The notes beneath the pieces were generated by a model that saw only the letters and a list, made by a program, of their open reading frames with translations, was not told the DNA's origin and made no database searches. Of a DNA stretch of 27,202 nucleotides, positions 16,830 to 25,578 are shown one piece after another. Source of the DNA: an uncultured Candidatus Sumerlaeota bacterium (GTDB lineage Bacteria; CAYMEV01); assembly GCA_964389675.1 (NCBI GenBank), contig CAYMEV010000015.1:62001-89202 (forward strand). Reading direction: 5' to 3'. Both the position numbers and the translations under genes were made by a program. Each line of letters begins with the position of its first letter. The stretch's first letter is position 1.

Positions 16830-17768
16830 TTATTCTTTCATAGCTTTAGATGAAAATCCGGAATAAAGGTATAGAAGGGCCATCCTGATCGCAACACCAT
16901 TCGTAACCTGCCCAAGTATAACAGACCTTTCTCCGTCAGCAACCTCAGGCTCGATCTCAATACCTCTGTTAACAGGCCCGGGGTGCATTATGATAGCATC
17001 CTGTTTCATCATCCCTGCTCTCTTCCTGTTGAGACAGTACAAAGAGCTGTATTCCCTTATATTAGGGAAATTAAATCCTGAATGGCGCTCAAACTGCACT
17101 CTCAAAATGATCACAAAGTCCTGTTCAGCCAATACATCATCTATTCCATAATGCACATCAACACCAAGCTCTTCAATGTACATAGGCATCAATGTAGGCG
17201 GACCGGCAATTGTGACATTTGCCCCAAGGGTCTTGAAGCAGAAGATATTGCTTTTTGCAACCCGTGAATGGAAGATATCCCCGATTATTAGAACATTCTT
17301 ATTCTCAAATGTATCTGTCATCTCGTGAAGAGTAAAAGTATCAAGCAGCGCCTGTGTCGGATGCTCATTATACCCATCGCCTGCATTTATAACCGAGCTA
17401 TTAAGCCTTTCTGCCAGGAATTTCACGGACTGGCTCTGATTATGCCTGACTATTATTATATCTGTTTTCATTGCCTCAAGGTTATTCGCAGTATCAAGCA
17501 TTGTTTCACCCTTTTTTATGCTGGAGGTTGAAGCAGAGAAATTAATGACATCAGCTGAAAGCCTTTTCCCTGCAATTTCAAAGCTGGATTTTGTCCTTGT
17601 CGAAGCCTCATAGAACAGATTAATAATAGTCTTTCCCCTGAGAGCAGGAACCTTTTTATTGTCCCTTTGAATAATCTCCTTAAATGCATCGGCGGTGGCA
17701 AATATTTCACTGATATCTTCCCTGCTCAGATCAAGAATTGATATTAGGTCTTTTTTTCCTTTATACAT
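16830..17768 (-). CDS. pyrB: Aspartate carbamoyltransferase catalytic subunit
   Basis: FYEASTRT, SSIKKGET, NAGDGYNEHPTQALLD, GDIFHSRVAKS, LRVQFER and MHPGP. Confidence 0.98.
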   Translation of the reverse strand: MYKGKKDLISILDLSREDISEIFATADAFKEIIQRDNKKVPALRGKTIINLFYEASTRTKSSFEIAGKRLSADVINFSASTSSIKKGETMLDTANNLEAMKTDIIIVRHNQSQSVKFLAERLNSSVINAGDGYNEHPTQALLDTFTLHEMTDTFENKNVLIIGDIFHSRVAKSNIFCFKTLGANVTIAGPPTLMPMYIEELGVDVHYGIDDVLAEQDFVIILRVQFERHSGFNFPNIREYSSLYCLNRKRAGMMKQDAIIMHPGPVNRGIEIEPEVADGERSVILGQVTNGVAIRMALLYLYSGFSSKAMKE

Positions 17769-17782
17769 TTTATATCCCTTCT

Positions 17783-18328
17783 TTAAGGTGTTTGTAAGAT
17801 TACACTGTCTTTTTCTTCTTTGTCATATTCATGAAGCATTACCATTACATTCTCATTCCACGCAGTATTTATCGTCGCTCCAACATAATTTGGCGCTATG
17901 GGCAGTTCCCTGTGACCCCTGTCGACAAGCACAGCAAGATAAATGCGTTTAGGCCTTCCGATATCAAGAATCTCTGTAAGAGCGGCTCTTATAGTCCTCC
18001 CAGTAAATAATACATCATCAATCAGGACTATCTCTTTATCATTGATATCCCTCGGCATTTGAGAAGGGCCGACTGAAGGATAATAATCTATGGTGGAGAG
18101 GTCATCCCTGTATAGATTTATATCCAGAGAACCGCTTGGAACCTTTATATTTTTCTTCTTTAATATTAATTCCTGTATTCTCTCCGCAATAACAACGCCT
18201 CTTGTTTTAATGCCCACCAAAATAAGGTTCTCAAGAGAGATGTCCCTGATGATAAGGTTCGCAAGCTTTTCTAAAGTTCTTTTTACCATTTCATCATTAA
18301 GTACGACGCACTCTTTGCTAATTTCCAT
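17783..18328 (-). CDS. pyrR: PyrR-family uracil phosphoribosyltransferase / pyr regulator
   Basis: LVGIKTRG, LYRDDL, PRPP loop LIDDVLFTGRTIRAAL and DRGHRELPI. First gene of pyrR-pyrB-pyrC. Confidence 0.95.
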   Translation of the reverse strand: MEISKECVVLNDEMVKRTLEKLANLIIRDISLENLILVGIKTRGVVIAERIQELILKKKNIKVPSGSLDINLYRDDLSTIDYYPSVGPSQMPRDINDKEIVLIDDVLFTGRTIRAALTEILDIGRPKRIYLAVLVDRGHRELPIAPNYVGATINTAWNENVMVMLHEYDKEEKDSVILQTP

Positions 18329-18364
18329 GGTTCACCTTTCAAACTGGTTATTATGATTTTAAGT

Positions 18365-18393
18365 ATAATAATTTTTTATATACGGAATGTCAA
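18365..18393 (-). promoter_or_regulatory. sigma70-type promoter of the pyr operon
   Basis: Minus strand TTGACA (18393-18388), 17 bp, TATTAT (18370-18365). The -10 ends 36 bp before the pyrR ATG. Confidence 0.6.
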
Positions 18394-18419
18394 ATTTTAA
18401 TTTTATTGCAGTATTTATC

Positions 18420-18439
18420 AAAAATACAGTTTTCTGTAT
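18420..18439 (-). terminator. Possible weak intrinsic terminator after the ECF sigma cluster
   Basis: Minus strand ATACAG-AAAA-CTGTAT followed by TTTT; the stem is short and AT-rich. Confidence 0.3.
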
Positions 18440-18484
18440 GCAGTTACATGGTTTTTCTGATTGCGTAGCTTCCAGAAATTTATA

Positions 18485-18967
18485 TTAATCCTGATGTCCT
18501 GGTCTCATTCTGTCCATATTTCTGTTCCTGTCCCGCAGTTCATGCTCAAACCTTCTGTCAAGGAGTATGTATAGGAATGCATCATTTGGCTTTATGAGTT
18601 TTATGAGCTGGTTGAACTGATCCTGATTAAGCTGTATGATCTCCTTTTCAATATCAAAAAGCCTGTTTATTACCTCTTTAATCTGTTTTTCATCGACATC
18701 ATGCCTGTTTAGCTTCCTTATCCTGTCAAGTATATCCTTTTTCTTAACCATGCTGTTCAATATCTTATTCTTATTTGCTTCAAGCACGGCATTTACTCTG
18801 TCCTTTACCTCATTCTCATACTTTATGATGTCCATATACTTCAGCTTCTTCAGTTCGAATATCTTTTCCAGCCTCTCCCTGAAAATTTCTTCATCACACC
18901 TGTCATCAGCATAACAAAGAATTGAAAAAACAAGTACTGCTGTTACAATTATGATATTTTTAAGCAT
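18485..18967 (-). CDS. Periplasmic helical protein, Spy/CpxP/heavy-metal-sensor-like; ECF sigma partner
   Basis: Signal peptide (NIIIVTAVLVFSILCYA), charged coiled helices, and third position in a sigma/anti-sigma triad with a 1-bp overlap. Confidence 0.6.
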   Translation of the reverse strand: MLKNIIIVTAVLVFSILCYADDRCDEEIFRERLEKIFELKKLKYMDIIKYENEVKDRVNAVLEANKNKILNSMVKKKDILDRIRKLNRHDVDEKQIKEVINRLFDIEKEIIQLNQDQFNQLIKLIKPNDAFLYILLDRRFEHELRDRNRNMDRMRPGHQD

Positions 18968-19461
18968 TATCTCTCTCCTGATGAGTTTATATCTGTGTCA
19001 AGGCTTGAAAGAAGCATGGCAAATTCTGTTTCTGTCATCTTTTCAAGCTCCATATTGTAATAAAGGTCTCCGGGGTTTTCTATATACATTGCAAGTTCAT
19101 CATTTGCTTCAGAATATGAAATACTATTTGCTGTTTTTGCATCATCATATGCACCCTGATTTGTATATATATAGTAAATCCCGAGAATAGCAAAGCATAG
19201 GATTACTGCAGCTGCCAAAGTCCTCTTATAGCTGATGAACCTCTTTTTTGCTGTTATCTTTTCAAAAAGAAGCTCCTTTTTTTTCTCGATATCAGGTAAT
19301 GATGTTTCGCACCTGTAATCCTCCAGTATAAGCTTAATGTTTTCATTATATGATCTGCATGAAGTACATGAAAGAATGTGACCCTTGACCTGCTCATCCT
19401 TGATAAAGCCAAATTCAATGATCTCATTAATCAGTCTTTCTCTTATTTCATTACATTCCAT
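18967..19461 (-). CDS. Zinc-binding (zf-HC2/ZAS) membrane anti-sigma factor
   Basis: MECNEIRE...HILSCTSC (HxxxCxxC), then the TM helix TLAAAVILCFAILGIYYIY. The start is set at 19461 from AGGAG spacing; overlaps the sigma gene. Confidence 0.85.
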   Translation of the reverse strand: MECNEIRERLINEIIEFGFIKDEQVKGHILSCTSCRSYNENIKLILEDYRCETSLPDIEKKKELLFEKITAKKRFISYKRTLAAAVILCFAILGIYYIYTNQGAYDDAKTANSISYSEANDELAMYIENPGDLYYNMELEKMTETEFAMLLSSLDTDINSSGER

Positions 19462-20005
19462 AACCATGCTCCTTTAAAATATCCTGTAGCTTTCTCAATC
19501 CTGTTGATAACTGTGCTTTGACATTCCCCTCGCTTGTTTCCAGAATCTCTGAAATCTCTCTTATCTTAAGCTCCTTAAACAGCCTTAAAGAAAGAATAAC
19601 CTTCTGTTTTGCGGGAAAGCTTTCCAGGGCATTCTTTATTATCTCTTTCAGCTCTTTGTTCTGCAGTTCATTGCCTGCTGCATTTCTGTCAGGCTTTTCC
19701 TGTTCAGCAGCCTTTGTGAAAAATGATAATATTTTATTATTCTCTCTCTTTTTCTTATTTTCAAAATTAATGATCTTATTAACTGCAATCCTGTATATAT
19801 ATGTCTTAAGGGACGATTCATGCCTGAATCTTTCTATTGATGAATAAAAGGAGGAAAATGTATCCTGGGCAATATCCTCAGCATCATGATAATTCCTGGT
19901 CGATTTTGTTATAAACATCAGTATTTCACCATAATATTTATCAATAGCGTATTTAAGGAACTCATCCTTATCCTTGAAGATCATATTACTATCGAAGTAT
20001 TTCAT
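19451..20005 (-). CDS. ECF RNA polymerase sigma factor
   Basis: Region 2 DAEDIAQDTF...FRHESSLKTYIYRIAVN and region 4 FPAKQKVILSLRLFKELKIREISEILETSEGNVKAQL. Confidence 0.93.
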   Translation of the reverse strand: MKYFDSNMIFKDKDEFLKYAIDKYYGEILMFITKSTRNYHDAEDIAQDTFSSFYSSIERFRHESSLKTYIYRIAVNKIINFENKKKRENNKILSFFTKAAEQEKPDRNAAGNELQNKELKEIIKNALESFPAKQKVILSLRLFKELKIREISEILETSEGNVKAQLSTGLRKLQDILKEHGYGM

Positions 20006-20025
20006 CCTCTATCCCATAGACAAAT

Positions 20026-20856
20026 TCAGTTCATATTTGGTTTAAATCTTGGGTCTAAAATATCCCTGAGGCTGTCACCTATGAAGTTCAGGGATAATAC
20101 AGTAAGCATTATGAACAAGCCTGGAAACATGACCATGTGGGGAGCTTCCCTTATATAAACAAGCGATGAAGCAAGCATGCCTCCCCATGACGGGTAAGGC
20201 GGGCTTATTCCAAGTCCCAGGAATGAAAGAGAAGATTCTGCAATTATCACGCCTGCAATTGAAAGTGTAAAATGCACAATTATAGGGCTCAATACATTTG
20301 GAAGTATGTGTTTGCCCAGTATTCTCAGCCTGCCGGCACCTGCTGACCTTATAGCAAAAACATAGTCCATTTCCTTGACGACCAGAACATTAGCCCGTGT
20401 AATTCTTGCAAAGCCAACCCAGCCAAGAACAGTCAGGGCAATTACCAGATTAAAAGCATTCTGCCTCAGGATCGAGGCTATTGCAATAGCAAGAAGTATA
20501 CCGGGAAATGCAAGGAATACATCTATCAACCTCATTATCAACTGGTCCAGGACTCCTCCGCAGTATCCTGATATAAGGCCTATGGATATCCCGATTATTG
20601 CAGAAAGACTAACTACAATAACACCTATGGCAAGTGATACCCTTCCTCCAAAAACTACCCTGGCAAAAACATCCCTTCCGACCTCATCAGTTCCAAATAT
20701 ATTGGTTTGGCTTGGCCTGGCAAGTCTTTCAGATAAGTTCTGCTCATAATATGAATGCGATGTAAATAAGGATGGGAAAAATGACAGAACTATAAAAACA
20801 GCAAGAACTGAAAATCCAAAAATAGATAATGGATTTTTGAAAAGGTTTTTTATCAT
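20026..20856 (-). CDS. dppC: Peptide/nickel ABC transporter permease (OppC/DppC)
   Basis: FGTDEVGRDVFARVVFGGRVSL, EAA-like loop DYVFAIRSAGAGRLRILGKHILPN, ESSLSFLGLG and PSWG. Confidence 0.92.
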   Translation of the reverse strand: MIKNLFKNPLSIFGFSVLAVFIVLSFFPSLFTSHSYYEQNLSERLARPSQTNIFGTDEVGRDVFARVVFGGRVSLAIGVIVVSLSAIIGISIGLISGYCGGVLDQLIMRLIDVFLAFPGILLAIAIASILRQNAFNLVIALTVLGWVGFARITRANVLVVKEMDYVFAIRSAGAGRLRILGKHILPNVLSPIIVHFTLSIAGVIIAESSLSFLGLGISPPYPSWGGMLASSLVYIREAPHMVMFPGLFIMLTVLSLNFIGDSLRDILDPRFKPNMN

Positions 20857-21770
20857 AGCTCTATTCTCGGATCAATAATTGTATATATAATATCAGTAAA
20901 TATATTAACAATTACATATGTCAGGGAGATCAGTATTATTGCGCCTTGTACCACAGGATAATCCCTGTTTTTTACTGCACTGATAATGGTATCGCCCAGG
21001 CCGGGAAGTGCAAAGACCCTTTCTGTTATGACTGCTCCCGATAATAGAGCCCCAAGTTGAAGTCCTGCAACTGTAACCACTGGTATCAGTGCATTTTTAA
21101 GAATATGCCTGAACAAAATGTTGAATTTACTCAAACCTTTTGCATATGCTGTAGTTATATAATCCATTCTATAAACATCCAGCACACTTGATCGAGTCTG
21201 CCTTAGAAGAAATGCCCACATAGCTGTACCAAGAGTAATTACAGGCAATACCAGATCATACCAGTTATTAAATCCGGAAACATTGAATATATGGAGTTTT
21301 ATGCTGAACAGCAGTATGAGCATTGGCCCGAGCCAGAAATTGGGTATGCTGACACCAAGAAGCCCTGTGACCATTAAAATATTATCTGTTATGCTGTAGT
21401 GCTTAATTGCCGAAAATATTCCCATTGGAATACTGAAGGCTACAGCAAAAAGCATGCTGAAAAACGCCAGCAACATTGTTAATGGGTAAACCCTCAGGAT
21501 AATATCCTTTACAGGTTCACTGTTCTTAAGAGATCTGCCGAAATCGAATCTTATAATCCCGTTAATATAGCTGTAAAACTGGTCCAATATCGGTTTATCG
21601 AGCCCCAGCTGAGTCCTTATCCGAACAATATCTGCAGGATTTGCATACTGCCCCAGCATCTGCTCCACTGGATCACCAGGTGTAAGGCGCAAAAGGAGGA
21701 ATACTATTATCAGTACACCTGCAACGGTGGGAACAGCAAGCAAAAACCTGTATAATATTATCTTTAACAT
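20853..21770 (-). CDS. dppB: Peptide/nickel ABC transporter permease (OppB/DppB)
   Basis: PGDP, LGLDKP, DFGRS, SIPNFWLG, DYITTAYAKGL...RHILKNA, ITERVFALPGLG and RDYPVVQG. Confidence 0.93.
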   Translation of the reverse strand: MLKIILYRFLLAVPTVAGVLIIVFLLLRLTPGDPVEQMLGQYANPADIVRIRTQLGLDKPILDQFYSYINGIIRFDFGRSLKNSEPVKDIILRVYPLTMLLAFFSMLFAVAFSIPMGIFSAIKHYSITDNILMVTGLLGVSIPNFWLGPMLILLFSIKLHIFNVSGFNNWYDLVLPVITLGTAMWAFLLRQTRSSVLDVYRMDYITTAYAKGLSKFNILFRHILKNALIPVVTVAGLQLGALLSGAVITERVFALPGLGDTIISAVKNRDYPVVQGAIILISLTYVIVNIFTDIIYTIIDPRIEL

Positions 21771-21816
21771 CAGAGAAGTTGAAAAGACACGAGAAGATTA
21801 AATATTACTTTCCGTG

Positions 21817-22797
21817 TCATTCAGCTGTTTCTGTAAGCGCCACTTCCGATTCGCTTTTCTGCTCTTCTGCAGTCTCATCAGCAGCAGTATCATCGACGGT
21901 AACATCATCTGTCCCTGCCTGCTCAGCTTCATCAGAAGAAGTATCCATTTTTTCAGGCATTTCGTCTATTGTTTTTTCTTCTTCATCATCCTGGACTGCC
22001 GAAGATACTTCCCCTGCCTGAAGCAATGCAAATGTCTTGTATTTTTCAGCTTCACTCTTCAGCATGCTATCCGGATATTCGTTTATCAGGAGGTCAAATT
22101 TCTCCTGGGCTGAGAGAAAATCCTCTATACTCATGTACAGCAGCCCAGTCTGAAGAAGCAGACTTTCGGCAGGGTAATTAAACACAAAATCCTTTTTAGA
22201 TAGATAGTTTTCAAGGAAATCTATGGCTTTCTGATTTTCCCCTTTAATTTCATATAATGAAGCAATGTTCTTAATGCAAGGAATAAAAAATGTTCCATTT
22301 TCACCATATTTTTCAAGGTACTTATTCAAATAGTCAAAGCTGGAATCGATCTCATCCTGCTTATAGCTGATATATCCAATCATATAGAGAGACCTTTCTC
22401 CAGAGTTTGTAGCTGGATACTTTTCGTAAATATCCCGGTACTGCTTCAGGGCTTCACTCATCTTCTCCTCTTTGCTTTTTACCAGTTCATTATATTCATC
22501 CGGCATCTCATTCCTGGAATCTTCGGAAGAAAATTTCTCTGCTATTTCATTTTCAATATCCAGATAATCCTTGAAAAATAGATTAATGGCAATCTTTTCC
22601 ATGCTCTGGGCCTTATTATGCTTATATCTGCTATAATTTGTGAGTCCTACTATTATCAGAATGATCAGGACAACAGCTACAGCACCACGGATAAACCATT
22701 TTTTGTTCTCTTCAATAAAAAGCCTGCTTCTATCCAGGAGGCTGACAAAAGCGTCTTCTTTAAGGTGCAGGTCCTTTTTCTTAATCTTTGACATCAA
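21817..22797 (-). CDS. YfgM-like membrane-anchored TPR protein with an acidic C-terminal tail
   Basis: Basic N-terminus KIKKKDLHLKEDAF, one TM helix (GAVAVVLIILIIVGL), TPR helices ending in YP motifs, and an approximately 60-aa D/E-rich tail. Start is TTG 22797 or ATG 22794. Confidence 0.7.
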   Translation of the reverse strand: MMSKIKKKDLHLKEDAFVSLLDRSRLFIEENKKWFIRGAVAVVLIILIIVGLTNYSRYKHNKAQSMEKIAINLFFKDYLDIENEIAEKFSSEDSRNEMPDEYNELVKSKEEKMSEALKQYRDIYEKYPATNSGERSLYMIGYISYKQDEIDSSFDYLNKYLEKYGENGTFFIPCIKNIASLYEIKGENQKAIDFLENYLSKKDFVFNYPAESLLLQTGLLYMSIEDFLSAQEKFDLLINEYPDSMLKSEAEKYKTFALLQAGEVSSAVQDDEEEKTIDEMPEKMDTSSDEAEQAGTDDVTVDDTAADETAEEQKSESEVALTETAE

Positions 22798-22816
22798 CTA
22801 TGCTCCTTTTGTAATA

Positions 22817-24133
22817 TTAAAGTTTATGATCCAGATGAAACCTTGATACTCTCTGCCTGAGGTCATCAAACATTGACTCATCAATAAGGGAAACACATGC
22901 CCTTATCCCATCATCCCGGCAGCTTCCCGTTATTTTAAGGCTGATGGCGCTGATGCCGTAATACAGCAGCTCATTAACAAGCATATCGCTTTTCAGGCCG
23001 GGATAGGCAACTGTAAAATAAAAACCATCTGCCAGGGGTTTTCCAAGGTCATTGTTATATACCAGATAAAAGGCGTTATCAAGAAATATCTTTTTCATAG
23101 CTTTTGCTCTTTTTCCATATTCTCTGGCCAGGGATAACAGGTTGATCTTCTTTTCATTAACAGCTTTTAAAAGCGTATACAACCCTCTCTGAGAACTTTG
23201 AGGAACTCCCGAGGTGGTAGGATAGATCCCTCCGTGAATGAATGCATGCCCCAGGTCATCAGTATTAAAATACTGTCTTAGATTTTCTCTCCTGGTTCCA
23301 TACATCTTTGGGCTTATAACTGTAATACCGATCCTTTCTCCCGCAAAACTGAAAACCTTTGAAGAACTGATAATTGTAATATAAAGGTCTGCATACTTTG
23401 CAATTGTAGGCTGATAGGGCTCTTCACCAGGAACGCTGTAATCCTTTCTGAAATCCATTCCGAAATATGCAAGGTCTTCAATAGGTATGCAGTCATATTT
23501 CCTGCAGAGTTCAGCAATTCCTTTCAGTTCTTCTTCGGACAATATAAGCCAGCTCGGGTTATTAGGGCTTGAATAAAGCAATCCTCCAATATCGTTCCTG
23601 CTCAGCCTTTCATCAAGCGCTTTAAGCAATGCTTTTCCCCTTAAATCATAAAGGTCGATACTGTCGCTTTTAAGTCCCAGAACCTTTGTCTGTATCTTAT
23701 TGACAGGAAAACCTGGTTCAAGGAATAGTATCGTATCCTTATCTCTGAAGGACCTTCCTGCTATGGCAACTGATATGAAACATCCCTGCATTGCCCCTAC
23801 AGTCGGGATACACGATGAAGGAGGCACGTCAACATCCATGAACAGCTTTACAAACCTTGCTGCTTCTTTCTTCAATTCGGGTATGCCGTCAAATGGAGGG
23901 TATATATGTGTGAAAGCATTATCCCTGACCTGTTCGATCATACCATTAATTCCCAATGGATCAGCCTTAAGTCCGGGAATTCCAAATTCCATTTTTAGAA
24001 ATTGTATCCCTGTTTTCTCTTCAATCTCGCTGACCAATCTGTTCATTTCTCTAATTGATGCATATGCAGGGTTAATATCAAGTTTACTTTTAATACCGTC
24101 AACAAGCGCCTTATCCAAGGGATTAAATACCAT
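22817..24133 (-). CDS. PLP-dependent aminotransferase class I/II
   Basis: YSSPNNPSW, IEDLAY, PLP lysine in SSSKVFSFAGERIG, and C-terminal GIRACVS. GAGGAGG RBS supports ATG 24133 rather than the ORF track's 24148. Confidence 0.9.
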   Translation of the reverse strand: MVFNPLDKALVDGIKSKLDINPAYASIREMNRLVSEIEEKTGIQFLKMEFGIPGLKADPLGINGMIEQVRDNAFTHIYPPFDGIPELKKEAARFVKLFMDVDVPPSSCIPTVGAMQGCFISVAIAGRSFRDKDTILFLEPGFPVNKIQTKVLGLKSDSIDLYDLRGKALLKALDERLSRNDIGGLLYSSPNNPSWLILSEEELKGIAELCRKYDCIPIEDLAYFGMDFRKDYSVPGEEPYQPTIAKYADLYITIISSSKVFSFAGERIGITVISPKMYGTRRENLRQYFNTDDLGHAFIHGGIYPTTSGVPQSSQRGLYTLLKAVNEKKINLLSLAREYGKRAKAMKKIFLDNAFYLVYNNDLGKPLADGFYFTVAYPGLKSDMLVNELLYYGISAISLKITGSCRDDGIRACVSLIDESMFDDLRQRVSRFHLDHKL

Positions 24134-24162
24134 AATAAGCCTCCTCAAAAATATTTGTTCAT

Positions 24163-24190
24163 ATTATAACCGGTAATTCCAATATTTCAA
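24163..24190 (-). promoter_or_regulatory. Putative promoter of the aminotransferase-to-ECF run
   Basis: Minus strand TTGAAA (24190-24185), 16 bp, TATAAT (24168-24163). Confidence 0.5.
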
Positions 24191-24238
24191 CAAAAAGCAT
24201 CTTATTCTACATGCATAAAGCTGAGTATAAAAATAATA

Positions 24239-24266
24239 TTGCCATATCAGAAATACAAACTAAAAT
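24239..24266 (+). promoter_or_regulatory. Putative promoter of the ORF-pfk-yebC run
   Basis: TTGCCA (24239-24244), 16 bp, TAAAAT (24261-24266). Confidence 0.45.
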
Positions 24267-24300
24267 ATAATTATAATTAAAATAAATTAAGGATCTGTCA

Positions 24301-25560
24301 ATGAAAAGCTATGAAGATCTTCTATATAATATATGCACGCTGAAAGGGGAATTATCCAATAATCCTCTCATAAATGAATACCCTCTTTCAGAAGGGCTGA
24401 ATGAAATAATAAAAATATTGCATGAAAAAAAGATTAATATAGAGGAATACCTTATGCATCTGTGGGATGAACCTGATTTCCAGATAAGGGTACTTGAGGA
24501 ATATTGCTCGGATAAGCTTAGCTACCCCCTGCTTAACACATTCTTCTTCATGCACTACACAAAAATGCTGTATAAAAACATAAGCAGGCTGAAGGGATCT
24601 CTTGCAAATCAGTCAAACATTTTCCCCCCATTAAAGAAATTCGTGCTTGATATAAAATCCAGATTTGATCTTTTATTAAAGGGGACCTTTTCCCGTATAT
24701 CAGCAGGATGTTTTGACAATAAACGGATGCAGAATATTACATTTCTCAAAACAAGGAATTTTCATTCATTCAGCAGTATCACCACGATCATGGTAACGAA
24801 CTGCAAGCCAGGTGCTTACAGGCAGCTTAACAAGCATTATATCTGCTGCAGGGATTATATATCCGGAAACCTGATACCTCTCAGTAATGCAATCCCCTCT
24901 TCAATATCACGGAAAAAGGAAATAATGGCATTGGATGAATTTATAGATATTATAGATAATTCAACAGACTACAGCATAATAGACAGCATTCTCTCTTCAA
25001 GGCATCTGCTCGGGAGCGTGCACCTTTATAATGAAATAAGGGGCATTATTATTGAAAAGTTCTTTGACACTCAAAAGCAGATGGATATCAGGTACAGATA
25101 TCTCATGGATGGCTGCAGCAAAATAGTCCATAATATAGAATCGCTGAAGGAATCAAAAAATATAAGCATAATAAATCTGCTGGATACAGCCTCTTTTTTA
25201 TCTACAATGGCACAGATACATTATCAGATACACAGGACAAATTTTTACGGGATAATGGAAAAGCTTAAAGTAATCTATCAGAAGAACAACCTGAATGTCG
25301 ACAGAATATTCATGATTGAAAATTCTGTCCTCTTTTTCAACTTTCTCTATATTATGAACAGTTTTTTCAAGGGTACTGAAATCGATACATTTACCGATTC
25401 AGTCCTGAATGATATATCCGATCAGTTCACCAGGGTTACCCCATTTGATAAAAACTACATAAGAAATAATATTGAATCACGGTTCGAAGAACTTTTATCA
25501 GCATTGGAAAGTGAGTTTGAGCATCTGAAGGGGCTCATTTTTAGCGGAGATATATCATAG
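24301..25560 (+). CDS. Hypothetical protein, 419 aa, no recognised domain
   Basis: Long open frame with an AAGGA RBS, an upstream promoter-like sequence and an 18-bp gap to pfk. It looks soluble and mostly helical. Confidence 0.75.
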   Translation: MKSYEDLLYNICTLKGELSNNPLINEYPLSEGLNEIIKILHEKKINIEEYLMHLWDEPDFQIRVLEEYCSDKLSYPLLNTFFFMHYTKMLYKNISRLKGSLANQSNIFPPLKKFVLDIKSRFDLLLKGTFSRISAGCFDNKRMQNITFLKTRNFHSFSSITTIMVTNCKPGAYRQLNKHYICCRDYISGNLIPLSNAIPSSISRKKEIMALDEFIDIIDNSTDYSIIDSILSSRHLLGSVHLYNEIRGIIIEKFFDTQKQMDIRYRYLMDGCSKIVHNIESLKESKNISIINLLDTASFLSTMAQIHYQIHRTNFYGIMEKLKVIYQKNNLNVDRIFMIENSVLFFNFLYIMNSFFKGTEIDTFTDSVLNDISDQFTRVTPFDKNYIRNNIESRFEELLSALESEFEHLKGLIFSGDIS

Positions 25561-25578
25561 AGTATATGGAGGTATTTT

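Noticed and set aside
16830-17768. Possibility that this carbamoyltransferase is the missing ornithine carbamoyltransferase
   Set aside because: It has ATCase-specific motifs (HSRV, RVQFER, HPGP), lacks the OTC motifs SMG and HCLP, and lies between pyrR and pyrC.
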